Translations under genes and position numbers: made by a program
Assembly (NCBI GenBank): GCA_963715985.1
Contig: CAVQSP010000010.1
Location: 160,001 to 224,000, forward strand
DNA length: 64,000 nt
Direction: 5' to 3'
Source: an uncultured Thermoleophilia bacterium
GTDB taxonomy: Bacteria; Actinomycetota; Thermoleophilia; UBA2241
Notes under the pieces: model-generated
What the model was told of the DNA's origin: nothing
The model's database searches: none
The model's input: the letters and a program-made list of their open reading frames with translations, nothing else
Shown here: piece after piece, positions 50,139 to 60,291 of the stretch
Position numbering within the stretch: the first letter of the stretch is position 1
Layout of the letters: each line of letters opens with the position of its first letter

Positions 50139-51805
50139 ATGAAGACACGACGCACGAGGAGGCTGCGGCGCACAGTGGTGTTCGCGGCCGCCGCCGCCCT
50201 GATGGTCCTTGTGTTGGCCGCCTCTGCGAGCGCCGCCACCAAGAAGAGCACCGGACGCTGGGAGTCCGGCGACATCCACACGCACACCTGGCTCACCGAC
50301 GGCAAGAACACCCAGGGCGAAGTGCTACGCAACGCGTTCGAGAACTACGGTCTGGACTACTTCGCCAACTCGGAGCACGGCGGGCAGTCGACGTACAACC
50401 CGGCCGGCCTCGCGTTCGTGACCCCGGTCTGGCGCTGGATCACGCTGACGAACTGCTCCTTCCCCGTCATCCTTGACGCCCGCCAGTCGTATCCGGAGAA
50501 GCAGATCATCCAGGGCCTGGAGTGGAACGCGCCGACGCACGAGCACGTCAGCGTCGGCATCGTGGCGGCCGGCAACGAGCCCGGTGGCATCGGTACCTTC
50601 GAGTATCGCTTCGACGCCAAGGACACCGACACCAGCCGCGCCGGTGAGGCGACCAAGGCCGTCACGCACACCGAGAAGGACGCAGCCGGGAACACCATCA
50701 CCATCACCGACGTGCCCGCCATCTCGATGGACAAGACCAACACGACTGCCGCCGACACGATCGCTGCCGTCCAGTGGCTGGACGATAACTTCAGCACCGA
50801 CGCGTACGCGGTGGTCAACCATCCGTCACGCGCCCAGCTCTGGCACGTCGGCGACTTCCGCGCGCTCAACGACGCCGCCCCGACGGTGGCCTTCGGCATG
50901 GAAGGCCTTCCCGGTCACCAGCCCGAGCTCATGGGGCGCGGCGGCTACGACTACGCGTTCGCTGACGCGGCCGTCCAGGAGCGCGCCCGTACCTACGGCG
51001 GCGCCGACTGGATGACCGCCAAGGTCGGCGGTCTCTGGGACTCGCTGCTCGGCGAGGGCCGGAACTGGTGGATCTTCAACAACAGCGACTACCATCAATA
51101 CTCGACGAACTACAACGACGCCAGCGGCGCCTTCTACGCGACGCGCTACTACGACTTCTGGCCGGGCCAGTACAACAAGACGTGGACGTGGGTCGACCAG
51201 CCCACCACCGAGGGCGTCGTGGACGCCATGCGCTCGGGCAACTCCTTCGTGGCCGACGGTGACCTCATCAGCGCCCTGAACTTCAAGGTCGTGGACGGCA
51301 AGAAGAGCGCGACCATGGGCCAGACGCTCACCTCGAGCCGCGGCAAGACCGTCACCGTGACCGTCGCCTTCAAGTCGCCGGAGATGAACGCCAACGGCGA
51401 CTCCGTGAAGGTGGACCACGTCGACCTGATCGCCGGCGACGTGACCGGGCCTATCAGCCCGTCCAGCGCGGACTACACGACCAAGGAGACCAACAGCTCA
51501 ACCAAGGTCGTCTCGAGCTTCAAGACCTTCCAGAACAAGGCCGGCTGGCTCAGCGCCTCGTTCAAGGTGAAGGTCGAAGGCCCGATGTACTTCCGCCTGC
51601 GCGGCACGAACCTGCCGCCCAGCACCGCCAACGAGACCGACGCGGAGGGCAACCCGCTCGTCGACACGCTCAGCTACGTCGACGTGCCGAACCCCGATCC
51701 CAAGGCGGCGGCGACGACGCCGACGATCCACGGCAACCTGCCGCCAGATCGTGCTGGGACGACCTCTGGTTCTACTCCAACCCGATCTACGTCAGCACGC
51801 CCTGA
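50139..51805 (+). CDS. Secreted PHP-family metallophosphoesterase, frameshift near 51745
   Basis: Signal peptide; GDIHTHT, SEHGG, NHP, NSDYH; C-terminus DLWFYSNPIYV in another frame ends at TGA 51803-51805. Confidence 0.82.
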
Positions 51806-51878
51806 GCGGCAGCTGATCCTACCAAGCCTCGGCGGAGGGCGCGGGGCCGGCGCAAGCCGGGCCCCGCGCCCTCTTTCG

Positions 51879-53135
51879 TCAGCTGAAGCGCAGCGGGGAG
51901 AGCAGGGTCAGGTCCAGCGAGGGCGCCCGTCCGCCGGCGATCTCGGCCACCAGCCGGCCGGTGACCGGTCCGAGCGTGAGGCCGAGCATGCAGTGACCGG
52001 CGGCGACGATGACGCGCTCGCGGCGCGGCACGCGACCGACGACCGGCAGGCCGTCGGGCGTCACCGGCCGCGGCCCGCGCCACACCTGCCGCGTCTCGCC
52101 GTCGGCGGGGATGCCCATCACGCGCTCCGCGCCCTCGCGCAGACGCGCGACGCGGCGGCGCCTCACGCGCATGTCCCAGCCGGAGAGTTCGAGCGTGCTC
52201 CCCAGGCGCAGGCTGTCCCCCAGCGGCGTCAGGACGACGTGGGCGTCGCCCAGGTAGAGGGGCACTTCGGGGAAGTCGGCAGGCCGCTCGACGTCGACGC
52301 TGTAGCCCTTGGCCGGCTCGATGGGAAGCGGCAGGCCGAGGTCGCGCGTCAGCGCGGGCGTCCAGGCGCCGGCAGCCAGCACCACCTGCTCGGCCGCGAA
52401 CTCGCCGCGTGTGGTCACGAGGCGTACGCCCGCGCCGTCAGGCTCCAGTGCGATGGCTTCCGTGCCCGTACGCACGTCGGCGCCGTCGTCGGCAGCGCGG
52501 GAGGCCATGGCGCGGGTGAAGAGTGCCGGGTCCATGTGCCCGTCCTCGGGATAGGCGATGGCGCCGGCGAGGCGGCCGCGTACGCCCGCGAAGCGGGCGC
52601 CGACGTCCGCCTCGGTCAGCACGTCGGCCTGCACTCCCAGGGGGCGCGATGCCTCGAGCTCCTCGAGCGCCGCGGCCAGCGACTCCGGCGACTCGTAGGC
52701 CTGCACGAGGCCGTCGCGATGGTACAGCCAGCGCTCGCCGCCGTCCGTCGCCAGGGCGTCGTGCAGGCCGACGCTGGCCACGTGCAGGCTGCGCAGCACG
52801 GGCATCGCCGCCTCCACCCTGGCTGGAGTAGCGGCGGCGCGAAACAGCCAGAGCCAGCGCAGCAGCGCCGCGCTCGGCCGCGGCGCGATGTAGAAGGGGC
52901 TGGACGTGTCCAGCAACCAGCGCAGGCCCTGGCCAAGGGCGCCGGGCGACGCCAGCGGCACGCAGTCGCCGGGCACCAGCAGGCCGCAGTTGGCGTGCGC
53001 CCCGCAGGCGACGGGTGCGATCTCGCTCTCGCGCTCGAGCAGGGTGACCGCCGCGCCTGCGGCCGCCAGAGCCTGGGCGGCGCAGGCTCCTACGGGTCCG
53101 CCGCCCACCACCACCACGTCCGTGCGCTGGTGCAT
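51879..53135 (-). CDS. dadA: D-amino acid dehydrogenase-like FAD oxidoreductase
   Basis: VGGGPVG, PAKGYS, GPRPVTPDGLPVVG, GHCMLGLTLGPVTG. Confidence 0.88.
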   Translation of the reverse strand: MHQRTDVVVVGGGPVGACAAQALAAAGAAVTLLERESEIAPVACGAHANCGLLVPGDCVPLASPGALGQGLRWLLDTSSPFYIAPRPSAALLRWLWLFRAAATPARVEAAMPVLRSLHVASVGLHDALATDGGERWLYHRDGLVQAYESPESLAAALEELEASRPLGVQADVLTEADVGARFAGVRGRLAGAIAYPEDGHMDPALFTRAMASRAADDGADVRTGTEAIALEPDGAGVRLVTTRGEFAAEQVVLAAGAWTPALTRDLGLPLPIEPAKGYSVDVERPADFPEVPLYLGDAHVVLTPLGDSLRLGSTLELSGWDMRVRRRRVARLREGAERVMGIPADGETRQVWRGPRPVTPDGLPVVGRVPRRERVIVAAGHCMLGLTLGPVTGRLVAEIAGGRAPSLDLTLLSPLRFS

Positions 53136-53168
53136 GTCCGCCCCTCCCGGTCGTGTGTACCCCGTATG

Positions 53169-53200
53169 CTAACCAAGTTCTAACATCCGGACGGTAGCGT
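53169..53200 (+). promoter_or_regulatory. PHO box (CTAAC-N6-CTAAC) plus TAGCGT upstream of phoP
   Basis: Units at 53169 and 53180; -10 at 53195. Confidence 0.72.
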
Positions 53201-53235
53201 CGTTCGTCGGGCCTGCAGCAGGATCATGGGCGGTG

Positions 53236-53940
53236 ATGGTGGCCAAAGAGACCGTGCTCGTCGTGGACGACGAGCGAGATATCCTCGAGCTCGTCAAGTA
53301 CAACCTCGACAAAGAGGGCTATCAGGTGACCGTCGTGGCGACCGGCGAGGACGCCCTGCTCGCGACGCGCACCAAGATGCCCGACATCGTCGTCCTTGAC
53401 CTGATGCTTCCGGGTGTCGACGGGCTTGAGGTCTGCCGGCGCCTCAAGGCCGATCCCAAGACTCGCACGATTCCGATCGTCATGCTCACCGCCAAGGGTG
53501 ACGAAGCCGATGTGGTCACCGGTCTGGAGCTCGGCGCCGCCGACTACGTCACCAAGCCGTTCAGCCCGCGGGTGCTCACGGCGCGGATCCGCGCCGTGCT
53601 GCGGCGGGGCGATGCCGCGGAAGACACGGGGACCACGATCCGCGTGAAGGACCTCACCATCCATCCGGGTCGGCACCAGGTGACGGTCAACGACAAGCCC
53701 GTCGAGCTCACGGCCACGGAGTTCCGCATCATGGTCTTTCTGGCCAAGCGCCCCGGTTGGGTGTTCACTAGGCAGCAGATCGTCGACGCCGCCCAAGGGG
53801 ATGACGTATTCGTCACGGACCGCTTCGTCACCGACCGCTCGGTCGATGTGCACATCGTCTCGCTGCGCCGCAAGCTCGGAGAGTGCGGCGCGTACATCGA
53901 GACCGTGCGCGGGGTGGGGTACCGTCTTCAGGACGAGTGA
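53236..53940 (+). CDS. phoP: PhoB/PhoP response regulator (OmpR family)
   Basis: VVDDE, LDLMLPG, KPFSPR, IETVRGVGY; next to phoR and pst. Confidence 0.9.
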   Translation: MVAKETVLVVDDERDILELVKYNLDKEGYQVTVVATGEDALLATRTKMPDIVVLDLMLPGVDGLEVCRRLKADPKTRTIPIVMLTAKGDEADVVTGLELGAADYVTKPFSPRVLTARIRAVLRRGDAAEDTGTTIRVKDLTIHPGRHQVTVNDKPVELTATEFRIMVFLAKRPGWVFTRQQIVDAAQGDDVFVTDRFVTDRSVDVHIVSLRRKLGECGAYIETVRGVGYRLQDE

Positions 53941-53943
53941 CCC

Positions 53944-55740
53944 GTGCGTAGACCGCGGCTGTTCTGGCGCATCTTCCTCACGTACCTCCTCGTCATCGCG
54001 CTCTGCGCGACCGCCGTCGGCTTCTTCGCCGTGCGCTCGGCGCGGAGTTTCTACGTGGCGCACACGGAGAGCGAACTGCAGGCGCGCGCGCAGCTCGTGC
54101 GCGAGCAGGTCGTGGCCGACGTCGGTACCCAGAGCGCCGATGCGCTCGAACTGCTGGTGCGCCGGCTCGGGGCGGCCTCAGGCACGCGCATCACGCTGAT
54201 CTCGGCGGGTCTGCCCGGCGCGGTGTCGGGGACGGTGCTGGCCGACTCGGACTCCGTGCCGGCTGAGATGGGCGATCACAGCGACCGGCCCGAGTTCAGA
54301 CAGGCACTCCTGGGCCGCACGGGCGTCTCCATCCGTCACAGCACCACGCTTGACGTGGAGATGATGTATGTGGCCGTGCCCGTCATCGAGGACGGCCGCG
54401 TGACGTCCGTCGTGCGCGCGGCCATCCCGCTCACGCGGGTCAACAGCGCGCTGGCTGAGCTGTATTGGCGCATCGGGTTGAGTGCCGTGGTCGTCGCCGT
54501 GATCGCGGCGCTCATCGGGCTGTTGGTCTCCAGCCGCATCAGCCGGCAGATGCGCGAGATCAAGGACGGCGCCGAACGCCTCGCCGGCGGCGACTTCGCG
54601 TACAAGCTGTACGTGCCGCGCACGCTCGAGTTCGCGGCCGTGGCCGAGAGCCTCAACGCCATGGCCGAGGAGCTCGACGACAAGATCGGCACGCTGACGA
54701 GGGAGCGCAACGAGCGGGAGGCGGTCCTCGCCAGCATGGTGGAGGGCGTCCTGGCCGTGGACGCCGACGAGCGCATCATCGCGCTCAACGCCGCGGCGGC
54801 CGGGCTAGCCGGGGTCACCCCGGAAGAGGCGGAGGGGCACTCGGTGCAGGAGGTGCTGCGCAACCCCGACCTTCAGCGCGTGGTCGCCCAGACGCTGTCC
54901 GGGCACGAGCCCGTGGAGGCCGACATCATCATGCGCGTCGGGTCCGAGGAGCGCTCGCTGCAGGCCAACGGGACGCTGCTGCGCGCCGGCGACGGGGAGG
55001 CATCGGCCGGCGCCGTCGTCGTGCTCAACGACGTGACCAGGCTCAAGCGCCTGGAGGCGGTGCGTCGCGACTTCGTCGCCAACGTGTCGCACGAGCTCAA
55101 GACGCCGGTGACCTCCATCAAGGGGTTCGCTGAGACCCTGGAGGACGGCGCGCTCGACGACCCGGAGACGGCGCGCCGGTTCGTCGGCATCATCGTTGGA
55201 CAAGCGGACCGGCTGAACTCGATCATCGGCGACCTGCTCTCGCTGTCGACGCTCGAGCAGCGCGAGGGCGAGTCGCGCCTCACGCTTGAGGAGACGGACA
55301 TCTGCGACGTCCTGCGCGTGGCCGTGGAGGTCTGCGAGCTCAAGGCGCAGGCCAAGCGCATCTCGATCAGCGTGGCCTGTGTGCGCTGCGTGCTCACGGC
55401 CGTGAACTCGCCGCTGCTCGAGCAGGCGGTCGTCAATCTCGTCGACAACGCCGTCAAGTACAGCCCCGAGGGCAGTGCGGTGCAAGTCGACCTGACCGAG
55501 GCTCCGGACGAGATCATCATCTCCGTGACCGACCATGGGTCCGGGGTGCCGCGCGAACACCTGCCACGCCTGTTCGAGCGCTTCTACCGCGTCGACAAGG
55601 CGCGCAGCCGCGACCTCGGCGGCACGGGCCTGGGCCTGGCCATCGTCAAGCACATCGCCCAGGCTCATGGCGGCAGCGTGTCGGTGGACAGCGTCGTCGG
55701 GCTCGGCAGCACGTTCCGCATCCACCTGCCGCGCGGCTGA
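53944..55740 (+). CDS. phoR: PhoR sensor histidine kinase (HAMP, PAS, HisKA, HATPase)
   Basis: DFVANVSHELKTP, NLVDNAVKY, FERFYRVDKARSR..GGTGLGLAIVKH. Confidence 0.93.
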   Translation: MRRPRLFWRIFLTYLLVIALCATAVGFFAVRSARSFYVAHTESELQARAQLVREQVVADVGTQSADALELLVRRLGAASGTRITLISAGLPGAVSGTVLADSDSVPAEMGDHSDRPEFRQALLGRTGVSIRHSTTLDVEMMYVAVPVIEDGRVTSVVRAAIPLTRVNSALAELYWRIGLSAVVVAVIAALIGLLVSSRISRQMREIKDGAERLAGGDFAYKLYVPRTLEFAAVAESLNAMAEELDDKIGTLTRERNEREAVLASMVEGVLAVDADERIIALNAAAAGLAGVTPEEAEGHSVQEVLRNPDLQRVVAQTLSGHEPVEADIIMRVGSEERSLQANGTLLRAGDGEASAGAVVVLNDVTRLKRLEAVRRDFVANVSHELKTPVTSIKGFAETLEDGALDDPETARRFVGIIVGQADRLNSIIGDLLSLSTLEQREGESRLTLEETDICDVLRVAVEVCELKAQAKRISISVACVRCVLTAVNSPLLEQAVVNLVDNAVKYSPEGSAVQVDLTEAPDEIIISVTDHGSGVPREHLPRLFERFYRVDKARSRDLGGTGLGLAIVKHIAQAHGGSVSVDSVVGLGSTFRIHLPRG

Positions 55741-56102
55741 GCCGCTCTGCGTGAACGGGGCTTCACGTCGGCCCGCGCCGTGATGCTCCGCACCCAGCGG
55801 CGCCCCTGCATCTGGGCGGCGACGAAGAAGCGACCGTACAGCCGCCGCCCCAGCCTCAGCCGCCGAAACCCCGGGTGGACGCCGACGACGTGGGCGTACG
55901 CCTCATCGGGATGCGTGTGCGACAGGAAGCCCAGGAGAAAGCCGACCAGCTCGGCGTCGGTCTCCAGCACGAAGCTCGTCGTGGCGAACTGCGTGAAGGA
56001 GACGTGCGAGAGCCGTGCGCTCATGGAGCGCCCGCTCCACCACTCGTCGACGACGGCCGGCACGCGGTCGTAGTCCGAGGGGCACGCGTGGCGCAGGCGC
56101 AT
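55665..56102 (-). pseudogene. GNAT acetyltransferase, apparently 3'-truncated
   Basis: LVGFLLGF..EAYAHVVGVHPGFRR..LGRRLY; similarity ends near 55780 and the frame runs into phoR. Confidence 0.6.
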
Positions 56103-56104
56103 GG

Positions 56105-56302
56105 TCAGCGCTCGCTTCTCGAATACGACGGTTCCATCCGCTCGAGGAACCAGCCGGGGCGGACCGAGAACAGCATGCGGCACCGCTCCGAGCAGAACAG
56201 GTAGCTCCTGCCGTCGATCTCGGTGGTCAGCAGCGCCTGCTCCCTGGTGAGCTGCCGCCCGCACACGGGGTCGTAGTCGGGCCGTTGAAGGGATCCGTTC
56301 AC
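56105..56302 (-). CDS. YHS-domain protein
   Basis: DPVCG...DGRSYLFCSERC..LF...P. Confidence 0.8.
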   Translation of the reverse strand: MNGSLQRPDYDPVCGRQLTREQALLTTEIDGRSYLFCSERCRMLFSVRPGWFLERMEPSYSRSER

Positions 56303-56509
56303 AGGGCACACCTCCGTGTCGCCTTCTCGGGGAGGCCGCCGCTTCACGCGACGACTCCGCTCCATGGTGGCGGGCTCGTGTTCACGGCGTGTGTGCCTGA
56401 CGTCAGAAGGCGACGACTCGCCGCCGGCGCGATGCGCGACGTCGGCGCCGCGCCTTCATCGCCCGCCCGCCGGACCTTCACGGGCCGTGAGCCGGAGAGT
56501 ATCCCCTCC

Positions 56510-56552
56510 CTCACGTGAGGCTCATCGGTCGCTCACGGAGCTCTTCTAGCCT
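56510..56552 (+). promoter_or_regulatory. PHO box (CTCAC/CTCAT/CTCAC) plus TAGCCT upstream of pstS1
   Basis: Units at 56510, 56521, 56532; -10 at 56547. Confidence 0.75.
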
Positions 56553-56626
56553 GCACCGGTGGGCACGGCGACGGACGCGGCCGGCCCACTTCTTCCGCAC
56601 TACAACTGCTCGAAGGAGAGGTGCCA

Positions 56627-57688
56627 ATGAGATCGGCGAAGTCACGAATCACGCTCGGCACGGCCCTGGTGGGCCTCGTCGCCGTCCTGCTGGCGGTGAT
56701 GATCGCCCCTGCCATGGCGGCGGTGACCATCAACGGCGCGGGCGCCACGTTCCCCGCTCCGCTCTACTACAAGTGGGCCAACGACTTCAAAGCGAAGACC
56801 AGCAACAAGGTCAACTACCAGGCCATCGGCTCCGGTGGCGGGATCTCGGCGATCAAGGCCGGCACGGTGCTGTTCGGCGGCTCCGACACGCCGCTCACGG
56901 CGGCCGACCTCTCCAGCAGCGGCCTCGTGCAGTTCCCGAGCTGCATCGGTGGCGTCGTCCCGATCGTGAACCTGCCCGGCATCACCAACGGCAAGCTCAA
57001 GCTGACCGGCGCGGTGCTGGCCGATATCTACCTCGGCAAGATCACCACGTGGAACGCTTCGGCCATCAAGGCGCTGAACCCCGGCGTCAATCTGCCGTCG
57101 AGCCGAATCCTGGTCGTCCATCGTTCGGACGCCTCGGGCACCTCCTGGATCTTCACCAAGTACCTCTCGGCGGTGTCGAGCGAGTGGGCCAACAAGGTCG
57201 GCGCCGACAAGAGCGTGCGCTGGCCGGTCGGCGTTGCCGGTAAGGGCAACGAGGGCGTCGCCGCGCTGGTGAAACAGTCCAAGGGCCGCATCGGCTACGT
57301 CGAGTACGCCTATTCGGTGCAGTCGCGCATCCCGTGGACGCAGATGAGGAACGCCGCCGGCAAGTTCGTGTCTCCTTCTCTGGGCACCTTCGCGTCCGCC
57401 GCCAGCGGCGCATCGTGGTCGGCCGCCAACGGATTCGGCACCGTCATGGTGAACGCCAAGGGCGCCAACAGCTGGCCGATCACCGGCGCCTCGTTCGTGA
57501 TCGTCAAGAAGAGCACCGGCGACTATGCGACCGCTCACGCCATGTTCCAGTTCTGGGACTGGGCGTACAAGAGCGGCCGTTCTCAGGCGTCCGCGCTCCA
57601 GTACGTGAGCATGCCGCTCTCGGTCGTCAAAGCCGTCGAGAAGGTGTGGCACGCGCAGGTGAAGGCCGGCGGGAAGGCCGCCTGGTAA
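56627..57688 (+). CDS. pstS: Phosphate ABC transporter binding protein (no lipobox)
   Basis: GAGATFPAPLY, IGSGGG, HRSDASGTS, GKGNEGV, WPITGASF. Confidence 0.95.
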   Translation: MRSAKSRITLGTALVGLVAVLLAVMIAPAMAAVTINGAGATFPAPLYYKWANDFKAKTSNKVNYQAIGSGGGISAIKAGTVLFGGSDTPLTAADLSSSGLVQFPSCIGGVVPIVNLPGITNGKLKLTGAVLADIYLGKITTWNASAIKALNPGVNLPSSRILVVHRSDASGTSWIFTKYLSAVSSEWANKVGADKSVRWPVGVAGKGNEGVAALVKQSKGRIGYVEYAYSVQSRIPWTQMRNAAGKFVSPSLGTFASAASGASWSAANGFGTVMVNAKGANSWPITGASFVIVKKSTGDYATAHAMFQFWDWAYKSGRSQASALQYVSMPLSVVKAVEKVWHAQVKAGGKAAW

Positions 57689-57979
57689 GGACCGTCTGAG
57701 GTCGGCGGGCCCGCCGCAGGAACGCCCGCCCGGACCATTCCCTGGCAGGCACGCGTCCGTGTCGATGCCGTGGTTCACCCTCCGCGGCTGTCGCCCAGCC
57801 GGGCGAGGCGGTGTCCAGGAGTCCGGCGGCGTCCGTCTTGAGGGCGGGGCTCCCCTTGCGGGAGCCCCGCCCGCCGCTGTCTCTGGTGCCGGTAGAGGTG
57901 CGGCTCGCACCAGCGCCCAAGCCCTCAGCGGTCGATCCGCTGCCCACCCCGACCGGGGCAACGAACGAGCTACGGGTCG

Positions 57980-58011
57980 CTAACCGAACGCTCACATTGC
58001 GCCGGTAACCT
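57980..58011 (+). promoter_or_regulatory. PHO box (CTAAC-N6-CTCAC) plus TAACCT upstream of pstS2
   Basis: Units at 57980 and 57991; -10 at 58006. Confidence 0.75.
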
Positions 58012-58088
58012 ACCTCTTCGGCGACGCGTCTGCGGCGCCACTGTCAGGGAATGACGGCTCATCACGAGACGTGAAGGGGAGGATCTGC

Positions 58089-59240
58089 ATGAAGAAGGTT
58101 CTGCGCCCCCGGCGCGCAACATACGTGGTCGCGGCGCTGCTGGTCGTGGCTGTGGCGGCGCTTGCTCTGGCCGCCTGCGGCGGCAGCGACACCGGAGCAC
58201 CAGGCGGCACCTCTGCCAGCGGCAGCCCCGCTGCGGCCATCGAAGGCTTCACTCCAGTCCCCATGAGTGAGGGCACCATCCTGGGCGCGGGGGCCAGCTT
58301 CCCGGCGCCGCTCTACATGAAGTGGGGTTCGGACTACGCAGGTGTGACGGACGTCAAGCTCAACTATCAGTCCATCGGCTCCGGAGGCGGGATCGCCGCC
58401 ATCGAGGCGAAGACCGTGGACTTCGGCGCCTCGGACGCGCCGCTCGAGCAGAGCGAGCTCGACGCCGCCGGGCTCGCCCAGTTCCCCATGGTGGTCGGCG
58501 GTGTGGTCATCGTCGTGAACCTCGACGGCGTGGCCGACGGGCAGCTCAAGCTCACCCCGGACGTCCTCGCCAACATCTTCATGGGCACCACGACCCAGTG
58601 GGACGACCCATCCATCACCGCGCTCAACCCGGGCGTCTCGCTGCCGGCGACGAAGATCAACGTCGTGCACCGCTCTGACGGCTCCGGCACCACCTGGATC
58701 TTCACGCACTACCTGACCGACGCAGCCGGCACCATCTGGACGGCCGGCGCCGACAAGGAGATCCCCTGGCCGGTGGGCGTGGGCGGCAAGGGCAACGAGG
58801 GTGTGGCCGCCAGCGTACAGCGGCTCAGCGGCTCGATCGGCTACGTGGAGTACGCCTATGCGAAGCAGACCGGCATGACCACCACGCAGCTGCAGAACAA
58901 GGACGGCTCGTGGGTCTCGCCGAGCATCGAGAGCTTCAGCGCGGCCACCGCGAACGCCGACTGGGAGGGCAGCCTGCCCAGCATGTACCTGATCCTCGTG
59001 AACCAGCCCGGCGCCGATTCCTGGCCCATCACCGGCGCCTCGTTCATCCTGGTGCAGAAGGAACAGGCGGATGCCGCCCGCGCCAAGACGGTGTTCGAGT
59101 TCTTTGACTGGGCCTACACGAGCGGGGCCTCCGCGGCCACGCAGCTCGACTACGTGCCGATCCCGGAGAACGTGTACCAGCTGGTCCAGGACCAGGTGTG
59201 GCCGACGGTCGTTGCCTCCGGTACGCCGGTATGGCCGTGA
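58089..59240 (+). CDS. pstS: Phosphate ABC transporter binding lipoprotein
   Basis: LAAC lipobox; GAGASFPAPLY, HRSDGSGTT, GKGNEGV. Confidence 0.95.
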   Translation: MKKVLRPRRATYVVAALLVVAVAALALAACGGSDTGAPGGTSASGSPAAAIEGFTPVPMSEGTILGAGASFPAPLYMKWGSDYAGVTDVKLNYQSIGSGGGIAAIEAKTVDFGASDAPLEQSELDAAGLAQFPMVVGGVVIVVNLDGVADGQLKLTPDVLANIFMGTTTQWDDPSITALNPGVSLPATKINVVHRSDGSGTTWIFTHYLTDAAGTIWTAGADKEIPWPVGVGGKGNEGVAASVQRLSGSIGYVEYAYAKQTGMTTTQLQNKDGSWVSPSIESFSAATANADWEGSLPSMYLILVNQPGADSWPITGASFILVQKEQADAARAKTVFEFFDWAYTSGASAATQLDYVPIPENVYQLVQDQVWPTVVASGTPVWP

Positions 59241-59277
59241 CCCGCACTCGCTGAACTGACTCCGGGAGGCAGGAACC

Positions 59278-60291
59278 GTGAGCACAGTCGAAGCCCAACT
59301 ACCAGCAGGCCCCGGTGGGCCGCGCGGCGCCGCTGAGGCGGCGCCGCGCGGCCGCCGTCTCCGTCTCGGCGACCCGATCTTCCGCGTCCTTGCCACGGCG
59401 TGCGGCATCACCGTCGCCGTGGCCATGTTCGGGCTCGCCGTCGTGCTCGTCTACGACTCCTGGCCGGCCATCAGCGCGCTCGGCACCGACATGCTGACCA
59501 CGGTGGCGTGGTCGCCGACCACCAGCGAGTACGGCGCTCTCTCCGCACTCGCCGGCACGGCGCTCAGCACCATCGTCGCGATGGTGATCGCCGTGCCTCT
59601 GGCGCTGGTCATCGCCCTGTTGCTGGTGGAGCTCGTGCACCCCGCCGTGGCCCGCGTGGTCGGCACGGGCATCGAGATGCTCGCCGCCATCCCCAGCATC
59701 ATCTTCGGCATGGTCGGCTTGTTCGTCATCGTGCCGTTCATCCAGGACAAGTTCACGCCCTGGGTGCTCAACTCGCCGCTCGGCAAAGTCCCGGGCATAG
59801 AGCCCGGTCCGCAGTTCCAGGGCGGCGGGCTCTCCATCTTCACCGCCGGCGTCGTGCTGGCGTTCATGGTGCTGCCGTTCATCACGGCCGTGTCCCGCGA
59901 CGTCCTCATGATGGTCCCCAGGGTCACCAAGGAGGCCGGCTACGGCATGGGCTCCACGACGTGGGAGGTCATGCGCAAGATCAGCCTGCGCTACGCCAAC
60001 AGCGGCATCGTCGGCGCCGTGTTCATCGGCCTCGGCCGGGCCCTCGGTGAGACCATGGCCGTCGCGTACCTGATCGGCAGTCTGTACACGGACCTGCCGC
60101 GCTCGATCTTCGATCCCGGCACGTCCATCGCCTCGCTCATCGCGCAGCAGTTCAGCGAGGCCACCGACAAGGTCCAGGTCAGCGCGCTCATCGAGCTCGG
60201 GCTCATCCTGTTCGCCATCACGGTGCTGTTCCAGATCCTGGCGCAAGCCTGGCTGCGACGCGTGCAGCGCGTCACCGGAGGCCGGGCATGA
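59278..60291 (+). CDS. pstC: Phosphate ABC transporter permease
   Basis: LAAIPSIIFG, GLGRALGETMAV. Confidence 0.95.
   Translation: MSTVEAQLPAGPGGPRGAAEAAPRGRRLRLGDPIFRVLATACGITVAVAMFGLAVVLVYDSWPAISALGTDMLTTVAWSPTTSEYGALSALAGTALSTIVAMVIAVPLALVIALLLVELVHPAVARVVGTGIEMLAAIPSIIFGMVGLFVIVPFIQDKFTPWVLNSPLGKVPGIEPGPQFQGGGLSIFTAGVVLAFMVLPFITAVSRDVLMMVPRVTKEAGYGMGSTTWEVMRKISLRYANSGIVGAVFIGLGRALGETMAVAYLIGSLYTDLPRSIFDPGTSIASLIAQQFSEATDKVQVSALIELGLILFAITVLFQILAQAWLRRVQRVTGGRA

Noticed and set aside
50139-53183. 1014-aa ORF in the track
   Set aside because: Artefact of a frameshift near 51745; the tail is antisense to dadA
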